Source: Octopus vulgaris
Lineage: Eukaryota
NCBI GenBank assembly: GCA_951406725.2
Contig: OX597832.1
Coordinates: forward strand, 60,450,001-60,514,000
Reading direction: 5' to 3'
Length of the DNA: 64,000 nucleotides
A model generated the notes under the pieces. That model saw only the letters and a program-made list of their open reading frames with translations, made no database searches and had not been told where the DNA came from. The first letter of the stretch is position 1. The number at the start of each line of letters is the position of its first letter. Below, one piece after another: positions 27,028 through 41,439 of the stretch. Made by a program: the position numbers and the translations under genes.

Positions 27028-27365
27028 TAATGCCCTGATGTAGTACCAGGCAGTGGCTCTCATGGCTTTTGATCTTAACTGATTGGAATTGTTATCATAT
27101 ACATTGTTTTGTCTTGGTATAAAAGATGGGTTACAGCAAATATTCAGCACAATACCACAGATTTGCTTGCCAGTTGTTTGATCATAACCAGTTGAGCATG
27201 TCCCTTGGTTGCTGACGAGATGTGCATTTCTGATCAAGAGCAGGAGTAGTGGGGGAGCATCATAACCATGTATGGAGTTTGAATAATTCACCTCTGGAAA
27301 CATGGGTGTTTTGTTCAACATCGTTAAACAACCCTTATTCAAAGACCATTTGAGTGGAATGGGTT
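27028..27365 (-). mobile_element. truncated copy of the repeat at 37003-37545
   Basis: Shared aggcagtggctctcatggct, cttggtataaaaga, taccacagatttgcttg and gggtgttttgttcaacatc blocks. Confidence 0.75.
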
Positions 27366-30300
27366 CAAATTATGCCACGGTCAACTTTGTTTTCCATCCT
27401 TTTGGCAATTGATAAAGTAGGAATCATTTGAGCAGTGGGGTCAATGTAATCAACTTACCCCTTGCCCCAAAATCACTGGTCATGTACGAAAATTTGAAAC
27501 GAATATTATGATCAAGAAGACAAAGAGGAGAGTGGGAGGAGAAAGATGTACTTAGAGTAGACAAGTAGATAAATATAGAGGAAAAAAAAGGGGTAAATCA
27601 GAGAATGATAAAGACATTTAACATTTTTTTTTTCAAGATGGCAAAAATTTTTTAAAAAGTGTTTAGAATGTGAAATTAGATTACAGAGTAGAGCAGAAAA
27701 ATTAGAAGTATGTTGTAAAACAAATTGAATAATAACTCTAAGTTTCTAATGAAAACAGCCATTCAAGGCAAAATATCCAAGCGATTTCATCATACAGGCA
27801 ACAGGGTGGGAATGGCAGGGAGTGCAGAAGGATGAGTGAGGAAGAGTTGACGCGAGGCTGTGTTTCTGTGTGAGTGTGTGTGTGTGTGTGTGTGTGGTGC
27901 AAGGGTAAAGGCAGATAGTAAAGCACAAATCAGCTCGGATTATACATTACACATCTATATATATATAAATATATATATATCTTATAGAAATGGCATGATT
28001 GTATGTATGTATGTGAGTGTGTGTATAAGTATACGTGTATGTATGTATTTATTAATTTATTAAAAATCCAAGATTTTCCTCCGTTACTACTCTAAGTTAA
28101 CCGATTCCATTTTACCACAAAAACAGAAACAGATACCTTAAATTAGTACTGGAAGGAACACTCAGCTGTGAGTGAAAAAGTAAATTCTGGTGAGTGTGTA
28201 GATATAATAATTTTTACTCCCATTGGTGAGTCCAGATGCACATATAGAAATATGTAAGAATATATGTTGAGATAGATGTTAGTAGTTCTTTGTGAGTGTG
28301 TAAATTAATGTACATGTGCTTGTATTTAAAGCATGCATGTATGTATAGGTATAGATGACACAAATCAATCGGTGAAAAAAAATCAAACTTGAAGGCGAGG
28401 GGAGGGAGTGGCCTGTGCATAACAGTAGAGAGCAGCCATTACAGAAATGCATGTATGTTCAAGTCAGTAGAGAGAAACAGCCGCGAAACATATGCATACA
28501 CATACACACAAACATATACATACACACAAAAATACACTATACACATATACACAAACATACACTATGCACATACACACAAACATATACACTCATATACATA
28601 AACATACACACAAACAAACACTCATACACATACACACAAAACCCATTACTCATATTTACATATACAAAATATGCACACGCATACTCACACATACATCAAG
28701 CACCATATATCTTATAAACCCTTAAACAATGCAGGTAAGTGGAAAAGTTAGTCAAAATATAGTGATGGCAATAAATAAAGACAAAGGCAAAATATTATAT
28801 CACCCTCCATTCATCGTATAATGCTTCTGATTTATTTAAGGAAAATTTCACCTTATTAAATATAAGAAAGAAAACATCAAAAGGGCAGGCTGATACACTT
28901 TTTCTCTAAGGCTTTAGATTACTTTCTTTCTTATATTTGATAAGGAGAACCTTTTCCCAAAATATGATAGAAGCATTAAACAACCAATGTAAGGCTGTTT
29001 TCTTTTTATGTACTGACATCACTTTTCACATTTTGCCAAATTTCTCACTGGCATTGCTTAAAGGTTTCTTTAAAATATGTCATTTGCACATTGCAATGCT
29101 TCAATCAGAGAACAATATCCGTTTAAATGTAAATACATAAAAACATATACATAAACACATGTTCATATATACATACACAAACATATATACATAAATAAAC
29201 ACACACATTTTCTTATACCTACATATTCACATAGATACATATACAGAATTATTGAGATAGATGTATACACACACATTCAAATATATACAAACAATTACGT
29301 AGATACAAATTTTATGTATACACACAAATACAAATATACATACATATACTTACATACAAATACACACACAAACACATGTACAAGTCATATACACATACAT
29401 GTACAAGTCCATATACATTGATACATCTGCACACATACACACATGAATACATACACATACAATCACACACACACACACACGCGCAAATACACTCGTCCAT
29501 TCAGACAAAACATACATAAAATCAACTAAAAACATTGAAAATAGAACACTTAAAGCAATAATTATATGAGGCTATATATATATATACACGTTTATATAGT
29601 TAGGGCTATTAGAATGGCAGAATTGGCATCAGGCAAACAGGTAACAGAAGCAATTGGACAGAAAATGGCATGTCTCAGGTATATTTTGTTAATCAGTGAG
29701 GTCATCGTTAACTTAGGTTTCATTTTCTTTTCAAGTTTAACTTAAATTGTAAGTTTAAGCAGTGGTTGGTCATTGTAACATTATAAGAAAATAAATAATC
29801 GTAATAAGGAGCTGACAACCATGTTGTATGACTGTGTATGGATGCATATGTATGTGTGTGTATATATATTTATATATACATATATAAATATGTATACATA
29901 TTATTTATAGCTGCACACATATAAACACACACACATACATGCTCACATATATTTCAACAATTACACATAAATGTATGTATAAATACACTGTAGATAGTAA
30001 AATTTGATAAAATGTACAGCGAACTTGCTGTGGGAAATGGGAAACCCAGCATTTCAGTTTCACTATATACTACTACAAGTCATACCAGCACAGACCAATT
30101 ACCAGCCTGTTTGGAATCAGTTTCATCATACACTCACACACACACATGAATATATAGACACATAAAAACGCATATGGCTGAACATTCGCTTCACAGCCAC
30201 AACGTCCTAAATTCAAATCCACAAGCTTGGCATCTTGGGTGAATGTCATTTTCTATGGCCCAAACCTTGTGAGCGAAACTGAGAAGACAGACACAGTATA

Positions 30301-30934
30301 GAGGTCTGTTGGGTGGACTGTACATGTAATTTAAAAGCTACACCTTTGACATACACTGTCACTCTATTTTCTGCCCGAGAGTTATGTTGAAGGTACACGT
30401 GTCAGCTACTTGAGGGTATACAATGCTCAGCTATTTAAGGGCAGGTCATTCAGCTCATTGAAGAGCTGAATCCTTGTCCTACAAGAGAGATTTGTAGGAC
30501 TATGTGTGTGTGTGTGTGTGTTTACACAAACACACACATACATATGCACATGGATATAAATATATGTGTATATGCATATACATGCATATTTATAAAAATA
30601 TATATACACACACACACACACACACATACACTACCACAATCATGTAAATACGCATTTACTCAATTTGTTTTTCTGATCAAAACGCAAACTTTTCAAAGCA
30701 AACCAGTGGAAAAGTGTGTAGTGTTTGAGTATAACTTTGTATTTACTCACACCAAGAGATTTTCTATATACAGTGATTGAGTTAAACTCACTGACGAGTA
30801 CACTTGACTTTTGCAAATGGCACAGATCCTATATGCATGAAGGATTAATCCAGTTTACCAACACACAATTATACCTATCTATCTGCATGTGGTAGCGCAG
30901 GTGAGTGTGTGTGTATATACATATATACACACAA

Positions 30935-30983
<49 letters not shown>

Positions 30984-31512
30984 TACACACTCATGTATGA
31001 AAACACACATACATACATGGCTGTGTGCCCATTTTAAGATAACAAAATGGAAGTGGGGATACAAAAAGCTGTAGCAATGCAGAAAGTGTGAGCAATGTAC
31101 ATTTTATAAAGGCTAAATTGCCAAGCTAGAAGTAGTAGTAGTAGTAGCAGTAAAAGTAGTAGTAGTAGTAGTAGTAATATAAAGTAGCAGTAGTAGTTAT
31201 AGTAGTAGTAGATGCAGGATTAAAGCCCTTCTGGTGTTTTTTTTATATTTTGGATTTTATTGCTTTAAGTTTTATTTTGAACATGCACTTGCCGAGTCAA
31301 GTGCTGCACAACCACTACTACTACAACCATAACCATCACTGTTATCATCACCAACATCACCACACCACCACCAGCACCGCCACCACCACCACAACCTGTA
31401 ACAGTACCACCACCATCATCATGACTGCTCCAATGTAACCACCACCACCACCAACACCACCACCACTACGATCACGGATGCTGCCCACCATTGCGGTGTT
31501 GGGTGAGGGGGT

Positions 31513-31600
31513 TCTGTCTGTCAGTCTGATTGCCTTGTCTGTCTGCCTGCCTGTGTGCCTGCGTGCCTGTCTGCCCGTCTGCCTGCCTGTCTGCCTGCCT
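31513..31600. repeat. degenerate (CCTG/TCTG)n repeat (CAGG/CAGA in the pre-mRNA)
   Basis: Directly visible, immediately after the candidate stop at 31600. Confidence 0.9.
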
Positions 31601-31730
31601 CATGACTGGGTACTGCTAGGCTGTTGTAGGCAACCATCGGTTTGGACAATGAGCCAGCTGGGCAGATGTGATGGAGGGACATGAGTGAGGTGCGGGAGTC
31701 CAGCACTGTACTCCAAGTTGCTAGTTACAC
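31600..31730 (-). CDS. mbnl: candidate alternative terminal exon: CVTSNLEYSAGLPHLTHVPPSHLPSWLIVQTDGCLQQPSSTQS*
   Basis: Strong acceptor tttcttttcctcctcctcttcactgcag; only phase 1 (the phase of this intron) is open; GC-rich relative to flanks; AATAAA at 31271-76 and 31256-61; no recognised homology. Confidence 0.45.
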
Positions 31731-33040
31731 CTGCAGTGAAGAGGAGGAGGAAAAGAAATGACGACGACGACGTTGGCGACGAACATAATAATAACGATAA
31801 TAATAATACTGATAATCTTTCGTTAATAATGATTTTTGTTATGGGACACAAGGGCCCTAGACATTGAGGACAAAACAAGGATGACGATGATCTGATGATA
31901 CTTATAATGATGATGTTAACGATGATGATCATGATAATGGAGACATAATGATGATGACGACAATTAGGATAACAAGAACAATACATTTCCAATACTTTTT
32001 TTCAAAATGTTACAGAAAAAATTTTTCAACTAGTTTAAAACAGTGAATGTCCATCCAAACATTTCTGTTAATTCATTGTGACTGCACATCTAAGTATCTC
32101 GGCCCATATATTGCAAATGTGCATCAAAACATCTCTACGCTTTTATCAGCATTAAAGAGAAATAAACACAACCATAAATACGAACACCAAAACCTGAAGC
32201 TTCTATGCGGTTGACCTTCTAGAAATAGGAGCAATATCTCCTTTAGATCACATTCTGTTTGTTTTAGGAAAAAGGACACAGTGGATTATATAGTATGCTA
32301 CAGGGTTTCCTGCATACATGAAAAAAATGTGATGGTCACAGCAGAAATGCCTTTGATCAGAGGCTTGCTTGATTGAGCCTGACCTGGGTGGGATGGGGGC
32401 CTAAACAACAACAGCAGCAACAACACTGACATTCAAGTCAAGATTTGAAAATCAAACATAAGAGTTCAGAAGCTGAAATCTGCATACAAACATGTGTGCA
32501 CACACATGTATATATCTATACACACAACTCAACACAAACACCTACACAGGACAGCATACGGTCGCACTCATATTCAAATACATGCCCACACACAAAATAC
32601 AAGAGTAAATGCTTAACAAAAACAGGGAAAAGATCTAAAGATTCTTGGAAGTTTAGTAACAGGGTTTGATAAACAAATAGAGCATCAGATCAGAATGTTT
32701 CCAGTTTTATCTTTCAACAACTAAAATTGTTGTTGTCACTGTTTAGGTCAACATCAACACTATGTCCATTCTAGAGAAGACTTAGTGATAGGTTCGAATC
32801 AATGAGGGAATTTCTTTACTTATTCACACGCCTGTTAAAAGTAAGAGTAAAATGTGTTTCAAATCACTCCCTAGCTCTTTACATGATCTCTCATCCGGTT
32901 AGAAATATTTCTGTCAGTACAAAGTAGCACAGAGTGGAACCAAACCCGATGCTGTGTGGTTATAAAGCCAACTGCTAGGCCACATAGACCATGTCTGTAT
33001 CTGGTGAGCTTCTTAACCACCCAGCTATGATTATTTTAAA

Positions 33041-33245
33041 TCCTTTAGCATTCAGATTACTCTGTCAAATGTTATGCTTCTTTATTCACACTGTTTTGAA
33101 TTAATCATGCATTATCTCATAGCTTTGAGATTTCAAAGATGTGATTGTTTATCTTAAGAATGATATTGTAGGGTAGGTGTGAGAGGCCAAATCTAGCCAA
33201 TTTGAACAGAAAACAGGCAGAATATGATGCGGCCAGTTTAAATAC
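33041..33245 (+). mobile_element. piggyBac-like MITE family 1 copy
   Basis: Colinear similarity to 46916-47135 (taatcatgcattatct, ggtgtgaga, aaaacaggcagaata, ggccagtttaaat). Confidence 0.8.
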
Positions 33246-35439
33246 TATCTGTCATGCTATCATTGAAGTCCTAAATCTTGAAAGATGCAAGTACCAGAGT
33301 AGCTGAAGGATGGTCAGAATAACTTAAGTGATTGCTTTGCTAAAATACCAATTCCCAATAAATGAGCCAATAAGAGAAGCCTCTCTGTAGCCATTCAACC
33401 TGCTAGATATGACAGTCAAATCTCTCTTCAAGAACAACAGTGTCAAAAGAGAAAAAGAAAGATGATTTGGGACTAAACAACAACACTAGTCATTTAATCT
33501 ACTAGAAATAAGTCAAATCTCCCTCAAATCACTTCCTACCATCTTTAGAAACTGGAAGTACATATTGCATAATGTAATTCAAGAAATGATATCTGAAAAC
33601 CAAAACATAGGATGGAATGTTTTAGATGATAAGACAACTTGATCAGAAATGATCTAAATAAGCCAGCAATGGGAGTGCTGAAATATAGTGACATTTATGC
33701 ACAGAAACAAAAATTTTCAAGTCTCAAAGAGGACATGTGTTTCAGTATGAATAACACCAACTCAAAACCTCCATGGATAATTTGCTAAAAGCATCAACGC
33801 AAAGTGACTCATAATTGCTGTGAACTGCATGGCAACCTCATTAATGCTGGGAGTATGAAAAATCACTCAGTACATACTGTAAAGTGGGTGGCATTAGGAA
33901 AGCATTCAAATGAAGAAACCACAACAAACTGGAGCTGGATCTTGTCAGACCATCTAACCCATGCCAGTTTAGAACATGGCAGTTAAATCATGATGAGGAA
34001 GAGGACTATGAAATAAATTTATATATAAAAATGAATGTGTAAATGCCTCTAGTCATAAGCAACAAGTTTGTACGTAGGGAGCTGAAATTTGACATAAGGA
34101 CACAACTTTTCAAGAAGATTATAGGATATATGACTTAGAAAATAGAAAAACAACTCCTTTTAGGTTTCCCAGAAATTTCTTTTTTTAAATGTAAAATTTT
34201 ATTTTAGGTTGCATACTTTTTTTTGTGTGTGTGTGTGTGTGTGTGCATGTGCATTCTTTTTTAGGCTGAAACTATCTCCTGGATTCTATGGATGCAAAAC
34301 TTATGAATGAATCAACATTCTTGGACAACCCTAATATCATCACTAATTTTATTTATTGCGATTAACCCCAAGTATGAATTCTTATTATATTCTAAACATC
34401 AATAAATTCAAGCAGAGTACTACTAATATTTCTTTTTGTCTTGCTGCAACATTATGCCCTACAGGCACATCAAAGGGCCCGTTTTTTTTTTTTAAACTTT
34501 TGTAGCTAGGAATGAAGATTAAATTGTCTAGTTTTGCCATCTTTATAGCTCATTAGGACATACTTATCTTTCCAATGTAAATCACTGAATGTTACTAGCC
34601 AACACTACTTATAAGTAAAATTCATTTATCAATATCTATAATATCATTATAAATGAGTAATAATCAGGTGTCTATCTTTTACTTTTACTTGTTTCAGTCA
34701 TTAAACTGTGGCCATGCTGGGGCACTGCCTTGAAGAATTTTTCAGTCAAATGAATCAACACCAGTACTTTTCCTTTTTTTCGTTCCTTTTGCTGAACTGC
34801 TAAGTTACAGGGATATAAACACACCATCACCAGTTGTCAAAGTTGTGAAATGGCCTTAAAATATATATTGTTTTGAGTCCTCTTTTAGTTTTACAGTCAT
34901 AGGCTCAGGGACATCCTGGGGTATCATGACTTTAAAAGGTTTTAGTTGATTATATTAGCCCCAACATTAATGTTTTAAACCTGATATTTAATTCCTATTT
35001 TATTTGTTCATCTTTTAAGTTACACAGCATAGAGTGCTGTTTTTCAAGCAGTGTCAGCATTTGTTCTTGAGCAAAACACTTCATTTCACACAGCTCCAAG
35101 TCCGCTCAACTGTAAATGCGTAAATCTGAGACGGACTAGTGTTCCATTCAAGAGGAATGTTGGCCTACTTGCATAGTCAGCAGGATGGAATCATTCAAAA
35201 TTTGTAAGATAACACAAGTATAACAGTTGATAGTATGATCCATATAATGATGTACGGATGAAAGAGAGAGAGAATTATGCGTGTACACACATACATATCC
35301 CATTAGTGCACATGTGAAATTTAGTAATGGTTGAGGGTCTCATAAAATGAGTTATTCCTAATTTTGTTAAACACAAGTATGATTAATATAATGAATTACA
35401 CAATAGTTTCATAATTTTTATAAAATTTTTATCTCTTAA

Positions 35440-35656
35440 CCCTTTCGTTACTGCATTTATTTTGAGATACTCTATGTTCCTTTCAGTTACTATAAATATA
35501 GCAAAGAATTTAGTAAAATAACTTAGTTATTATCAGTCAGCTAGTGTTAGGAACATAAATTGTGACTAAGGTTTGGTGGAAAATTTTAATTCAAAACTTA
35601 TCAACACAAGACATTTGTTCTCAGAGCTGGTTTCAGCTGGGTTGGTAAGGAAAGGG
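35440..35656. mobile_element. piggyBac-like MITE family 2
   Basis: TTAA TSDs at 35436-39 and 35657-60; TIR ccctttcgttac / gtaaggaaaggg. Confidence 0.8.
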
Positions 35657-36659
35657 TTAAACAGTTTATTTCTTTTTTTAAACTTTGCATACAAAGTGCT
35701 AAATTCAACCTCAGTTGGCTAAAATTACAATCTGGGAAGACATACAGAACTAATAACTTCCAATTATGAACTTAGAACAAGCCTGAGTAAAACACTAGTG
35801 GATACCAAAGTGTTAAATTGAGAGTAAGTAGAGAGTAACTAAGAAACTGCTATTTATCAACTTCATCAGCTTAAACTATTTATTAAAAGATGAACTGCAA
35901 CTAAAATTACACAACCAACAAAATTAGAATGTAAAGAAGTTGGTATTAGGACTAAACTATTCAAAGAAGTTTGGAATAGCATGGTGTTTTAGAAACTCAT
36001 TATTAGAATAATGTGCTTATTCAGACAGAAGACAAAAGATACTTCAGAGGATAAAATAATTTTTCCTATCCTATTCTATCATATATATATATGTATATAC
36101 ATAGATACACGTAAGCACCAAGCCATACATATGAACATATACATAGGCACATATACACAGTAAACTTGCACGCACACATGCATATTCATCGAAGTTTTGA
36201 TCAGTTTTTGCTTTTTTTTTACTTAGGAAATTAGACAAATCAAACAAACAAAAAACAAAATTGAAAATACAAAACAAGGAGAAAAGGGAAAATAAATGAC
36301 AGAAAATATTTTGATAAATTTATAAGAACAACAACAAAAATACAATAAATTTATAAGAAAAAATACCCCATTTCTATCATCCATCCCACCACTTGAAAAA
36401 ATAAAGGGAGAAGCCCCCCACTTCTTTCCCTGAACCCCCTTCCAGCGAACTGACATACCATTACAACATCAATTACAAAAAACAACATAAAAACAAAACC
36501 AAACAAAAAGTGTTAAGTTTGGTGATTAATTAATTAAAAAAAGGGTTAGGGGGAATAATGGTAGAGGAGTAGGGGCTTTTTTCTTTTCTTTTTTTTTGCT
36601 TTTCTTAAGGTATTAAAAAAAAAGAGGAGGAGGTGACAAGTTAATAGAAGATTACTTAC

Positions 36660-36695
36660 AAGTGAAATAAGGTTCATTCAGCTTGGTTGAAGAAT
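36660..36695 (-). CDS. mbnl: mbnl microexon B, 36 nt, phase 1/1: YSSTKLNEPYFT
   Basis: ctcac branch candidates, tract cccctttttctctccttc, caacag acceptor and TT|gtaagt donor; frame-preserving; same size, phase and position as vertebrate MBNL1 exon 7 (36 nt). Confidence 0.85.
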
Positions 36696-37002
36696 CTGTT
36701 GATTAGAAGGAGAGAAAAAGGGGCAAACGTGTAGTGAGTGAGTGAGAAACAACAACTGCACCAACAACAACAACAATGTAATGTTATAAAACAAATAAAC
36801 CAAAACAAAAATAAAAGGAAAAAAAAGAAAATTGTTGCTAGAGCCACAAAGCAAAATGTGGAATCATCATCATCATTCATTTAGTTTTTGCATGATAAGA
36901 AATGTCAACAGCACAAAGCATTTTCAGCAATGCTTTATGTTCTACTATTTACTACCTCCTTTAATAATAATCATAATAATAATAATAATAATATTAATAA
37001 TA

Positions 37003-37545
37003 ATGCTCTGATGCAGTAGCAGGCAGTGGCTCTCATGGCTTCTGATCTTATCTGATTGGAAGTGTTATCATGTACATTGTTTTATCTTGGTATAAAAGAC
37101 AGGCTATTACAGCAAATATTCTGCTCTATACCACAGATTTGCTTGTCAGTTGTTTGACCGTAACCAGTTGACCATGTCCCTTAGTGGCTGACAATATGTG
37201 CATCTCTGATCCCAAGCAGGAGTAGTTGGGGAGCATCATAGCCATGTGTTGAGAGAAATTCTTTGGAGTTTGGATAATTCACCTTTGAAAACATGGGTGT
37301 TTTGTTCAACATCCTTAAACAATCCTTATTCGGGGACTTTTTGAGCAGGATAACTACTCGACCTGAAGAAAATTCTAACTGAGCCCTACCTGCAAGGTCA
37401 TGTGCTGTTTATCTTAACATACGATCACCATGTTGTGCATATGCCTGGTGTACCCTAATCAGACAGGTAGTTATGATGGGTATGTTGGGCTTTGTATATT
37501 TTACCCCAGTGTCACTTAGATGTCATGCACTGCTCCCTCACTCAA
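37003..37545 (-). mobile_element. non-LTR-type interspersed repeat with (TTA)n tail; second copy at 27028-27365
   Basis: Roughly 330 bp of colinear high similarity between 27028-27365 and 37003-37350, both abutting (AAT)n on the plus strand. Confidence 0.75.
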
Positions 37546-37552
37546 TAATGAT

Positions 37553-37759
37553 AGTTTCAAATTTTGGCACAAGGCCAGCAACTTCAGGAGTTAAGTTGAT
37601 TACATCAACCCCAGTACTTCACTGGTACTTAATTTATTGAACCCAAAAGGATGAAAGGCAAAGTCAACCTCGGTGAAATTTGAACTCAGAACGTAGTGAT
37701 AGGCGAAATACAGCCAAGCATTTTGTCCAGGGTCCTATCGATTCTGCCAGCTCGCCACC
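37553..37759 (-). mobile_element. SINE-like repeat, same family as 7096-7310
   Basis: Reverse complement of the family: gtttcaaattttggcacaaggcc ... ttctgccagctcgcc. Confidence 0.75.
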
Positions 37760-40326
37760 AATAATGATGATGATGAATGTAATAATCTTAGATTAGAGTG
37801 CAATGGAAGCAATAACAATTAGAGCAAAGAGTTAAAAGATTTAATCCATGGATTTGCATCCCTGTTGTTTGTATGTGTGTGTGCATTATGGAAACTACTA
37901 ATCCTTCAAAAAGTGAATGGCATCACTACATGCACTTTATTTTCATGATATTACTGTTAGGAAAGGGTTGAAAACTTGGATGAGAAGTGCCCTAGCTAAT
38001 AACCAAGGAATACAGGAAAAAGGGACATGTATACTGGGTGATACACCTGGTCTCTCTAAACAAACATCTTTATGCCCTGCTTATGGACCAAAGCTTGTCT
38101 TACAGAGTATTCTACAATTGTCTTAGATATTTTGCAAACAACTTGTATATGCAAGTGCTACCAGTTGAGAGCTCTGCATACCAGAAGCCAGCAAGTGTAT
38201 GGGGTTACCAGGAGAGAATGCATTCCGTTTCAGGGCCTACCTCTCGATGGTATCAATGCGCATGGCTCCCCTTACTGATATGAGGCCCCACTTGCTAGAT
38301 CAACTGGTTATCAAATAAAGCTTAATATTTTCAAACCATCGCTCATCGTCTCTTTTTAACCAAATCCAGTGGCTAGCTTTTTCCACTGTAGTTTGGATAT
38401 CGGTCATGGTGGTATTTACTTTATAATGAGTTAGGCCTAAGGATAACAACAATTGCCTCACACTGTGTCCAACAAACCCTCTACATCTGACTTTGAATGG
38501 AAAATGCTCTGCTTTCCAGCCTGCATCTTCACATTCCTTGAGGAGGTTTACATAATGGTCAATCTTTTTGTTAGCAAAAGAATTATATAAGATTACGAGA
38601 GTACAGTGAACATGTGTATTTACTATTTATTGTATAAGATGGTGGAAAGTGTGAAACATGTATACGATTGAAAAGTAACCTCTTGAAATGAAAGATAACA
38701 ATTTTCAAACTCCTGAAGTTACTATAATCAACTATGTCATCAATAAACACCAGCGCTCCTATGTTATGTCATCAACAAGATTCAACCCTCCTGTGTGAAA
38801 AGATAATCTTGCAAAGGTCACTGATAAATTTATTATCCAGTTTGAAAGATATCTTTAGCTGTATGAAACCAGATGAGAATGATAAAATGGATTCATTTCA
38901 ATTAAGTCTGGTAGATACAGCAGCCAATTACTATAATGAAATGGAGCAGCTTGAAATAACAAAAGGGCAAACTAACGATGGTATTATATATTATTCAAGA
39001 TTAAAACATTTCATTGCAACTAAATTAAATAGCAGCAAAAATGTATTCAGGGAACAAATAAGAACATAGTCACTGAAGTAACAGCCTGCTGGAGAAACCT
39101 ATTACTGATGAATATCAGGATATTATAAATCAGCTACATTATGAGGCCAATAGAAATGTATCTTGCTAAAGACTTGAGTAACTGATTAAGAGGCAGTTTT
39201 GCTATAGCTCTGCCTTATCCTATAAGACAGGGAAAACCGTTACACATTAAAGTTGGCTGTTTCTGTAGTCCTGGTGAAAGAGTCAGCCAGTGTTATGACT
39301 AGTATTATGGACAATGCTGATATGAATTACTACATCCCTATGGTACTGATGTTTGGAAATCAATTTCCATTTCGGCTAAAATTTGATTTTGGTGAGAATC
39401 AAGAAGATTAAAGAACTAAGATACCTTGGCACAGGTGTGTCGAAAACATTTTGTAAAGGTGTGTAGAAAATGAAATAGTATTATCAGCAGCACCATGCTG
39501 TCAAACACCTCACCAGGTTCTGTAAATAGGCACAATCAATAGTGGCTTACTGTAAGCGCAAGTCAATTGCCTTTAATTTGTAAAAATAATGTATAAAAAG
39601 TTGGTATTAAAATTATGGCCCATATCAAATCAAGAACTTTTAAGGGAATGAAGTTTAAAATAATTAGGAAAATAACTGTAAACACCAATGTAAACAATTA
39701 CTACCTAGACAATGAAGTTTTGTTGACTACAGAATATCTATGCAATGAAAAGGTAGAGTCAGTAAAGAATCAGAATTCAAATTGTATTAATAATGTTTTC
39801 TGCTGTGTCTAATCCATGGTGATACTCATTGCCCTCATCACCATTATTTTTACTGCCTTTCCATGTTGGTATGGGTTAGATAGTTCACTTTCAACAAAAC
39901 ATCTCCCCTACATTTGTTACTATGTCACAGTGAGACACAGCATACTGAGATCATCCTCCACATCTACCTGTATCTTTTCTACTCTTCCTGTTCTGTTGGT
40001 TCCATTTCCTTGCATTGTCCTTCACCCAACAACTATTCTTTACATGCATCTCATGCTCATAGCTTTCCAGCCTTCTGTCTCACACACTGTAGTGGATACT
40101 TTTATTAATGTCCAGTTTTTCTCTCGTCATCCAACTTTGTCCTTCATGCAAGCTGACTGCTTTCAATAACCCCATCTACCACCAAACATTATTAGTTAAG
40201 GCGTGGTGTGTGTGTATGTGCCTGGATCCTTATTTATAGGTACTCCTCCCATCCCTGATAGGTTAGGAAACGTTATGTTCTATTTTAGTTGGGTCTCTAT
40301 GGCTGGATGCCCTTTCTAAAACTAAC

Positions 40327-40392
<66 letters not shown>

Positions 40393-41439
40393 TCTTTAGA
40401 TGGTTTAAGTCATAGAACTTCAGCCATGCTGGTTGATGCATATAATATATAAAATTAATTTAGCCATGCATGTGTTACTTTGTAAAAGCTTTTTTTAAAA
40501 AAATGAAGCATAAATAATGCATTTGAGAATGAGACAGAAAATATAATTACAACATACAAACGAAAAAAAAAGGACACCCTGCTGCCCACAAATGTTTAGG
40601 ATAAAGAATAAAGTGTATTGAGAATAGAACACAGAAATATGTACAAAGGATAGATGGTAGTACAAAGAGAAACAGAGAAAGGAAGAATGAGAAGTTGTAG
40701 AGAGAGAGAACCTAAGGTAAATATGAAAATATAGAGAAATCAGTACTACAATAACAGAGCCAGCACGCAAACCATTATTGGTAGGGAGCTGAGGATGGAG
40801 GTGGGGGATGTGGTTGATAATGATGGGTGTAGGGTGAAGGGGAAGAGAGCAAAAAACAATTTTAACATTGGTTTAGGGGTTAAAAACAATTATTTGGGAA
40901 CAATTACATTTGTTACTATTGTAGTGAGGGATGTTAGTGGTATTGCTTTCGTTGCTGGTGGCATAGTTGTTGTGGTTGTTGTTGTCGTTGCTGTGCAGCC
41001 TCACATGTATCAAGCAATCTTATGACATGCAGTTTAATCAGTTGAATGATGAGGTACAGCTCACAGACCCTGCCTTCCATCAAGCTGAGCACTATACCAC
41101 ATACTTGGCATTGACCATTTCTGTATGCCTACAGATGCTACTGGAGGCCACAATGTCAGGCAAACAGGAACCAGACAAGATGGGAGTCAAAACTATTGAA
41201 AAGGTTGCAAGATGCAACGAAAATTTTAGGACAATAAAATTTGAAAAAAGTGGAAATTTTACCGGTGAGTGTGTTATATAATAAGGCACAAAGCCATGTT
41301 GTGACTTGGAGATAGGAATTTGTAGGCTGATGAGGTCAAGGATTTACCCATCAAACATTTTTGATGGTGTGCTTAGGAGGATCAGGGGTCTGTATGCCAC
41401 TACTTCACTTGGGTTGTTGTTGTTGCTGGACTTTAGAAC

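Noticed and set aside
27796-28412. Candidate small exons at 27857-27796 and 28412-28389
   Set aside because: Weak donors (gtatga, gtttga), one acceptor embedded in a CA repeat, and no recognisable homology.
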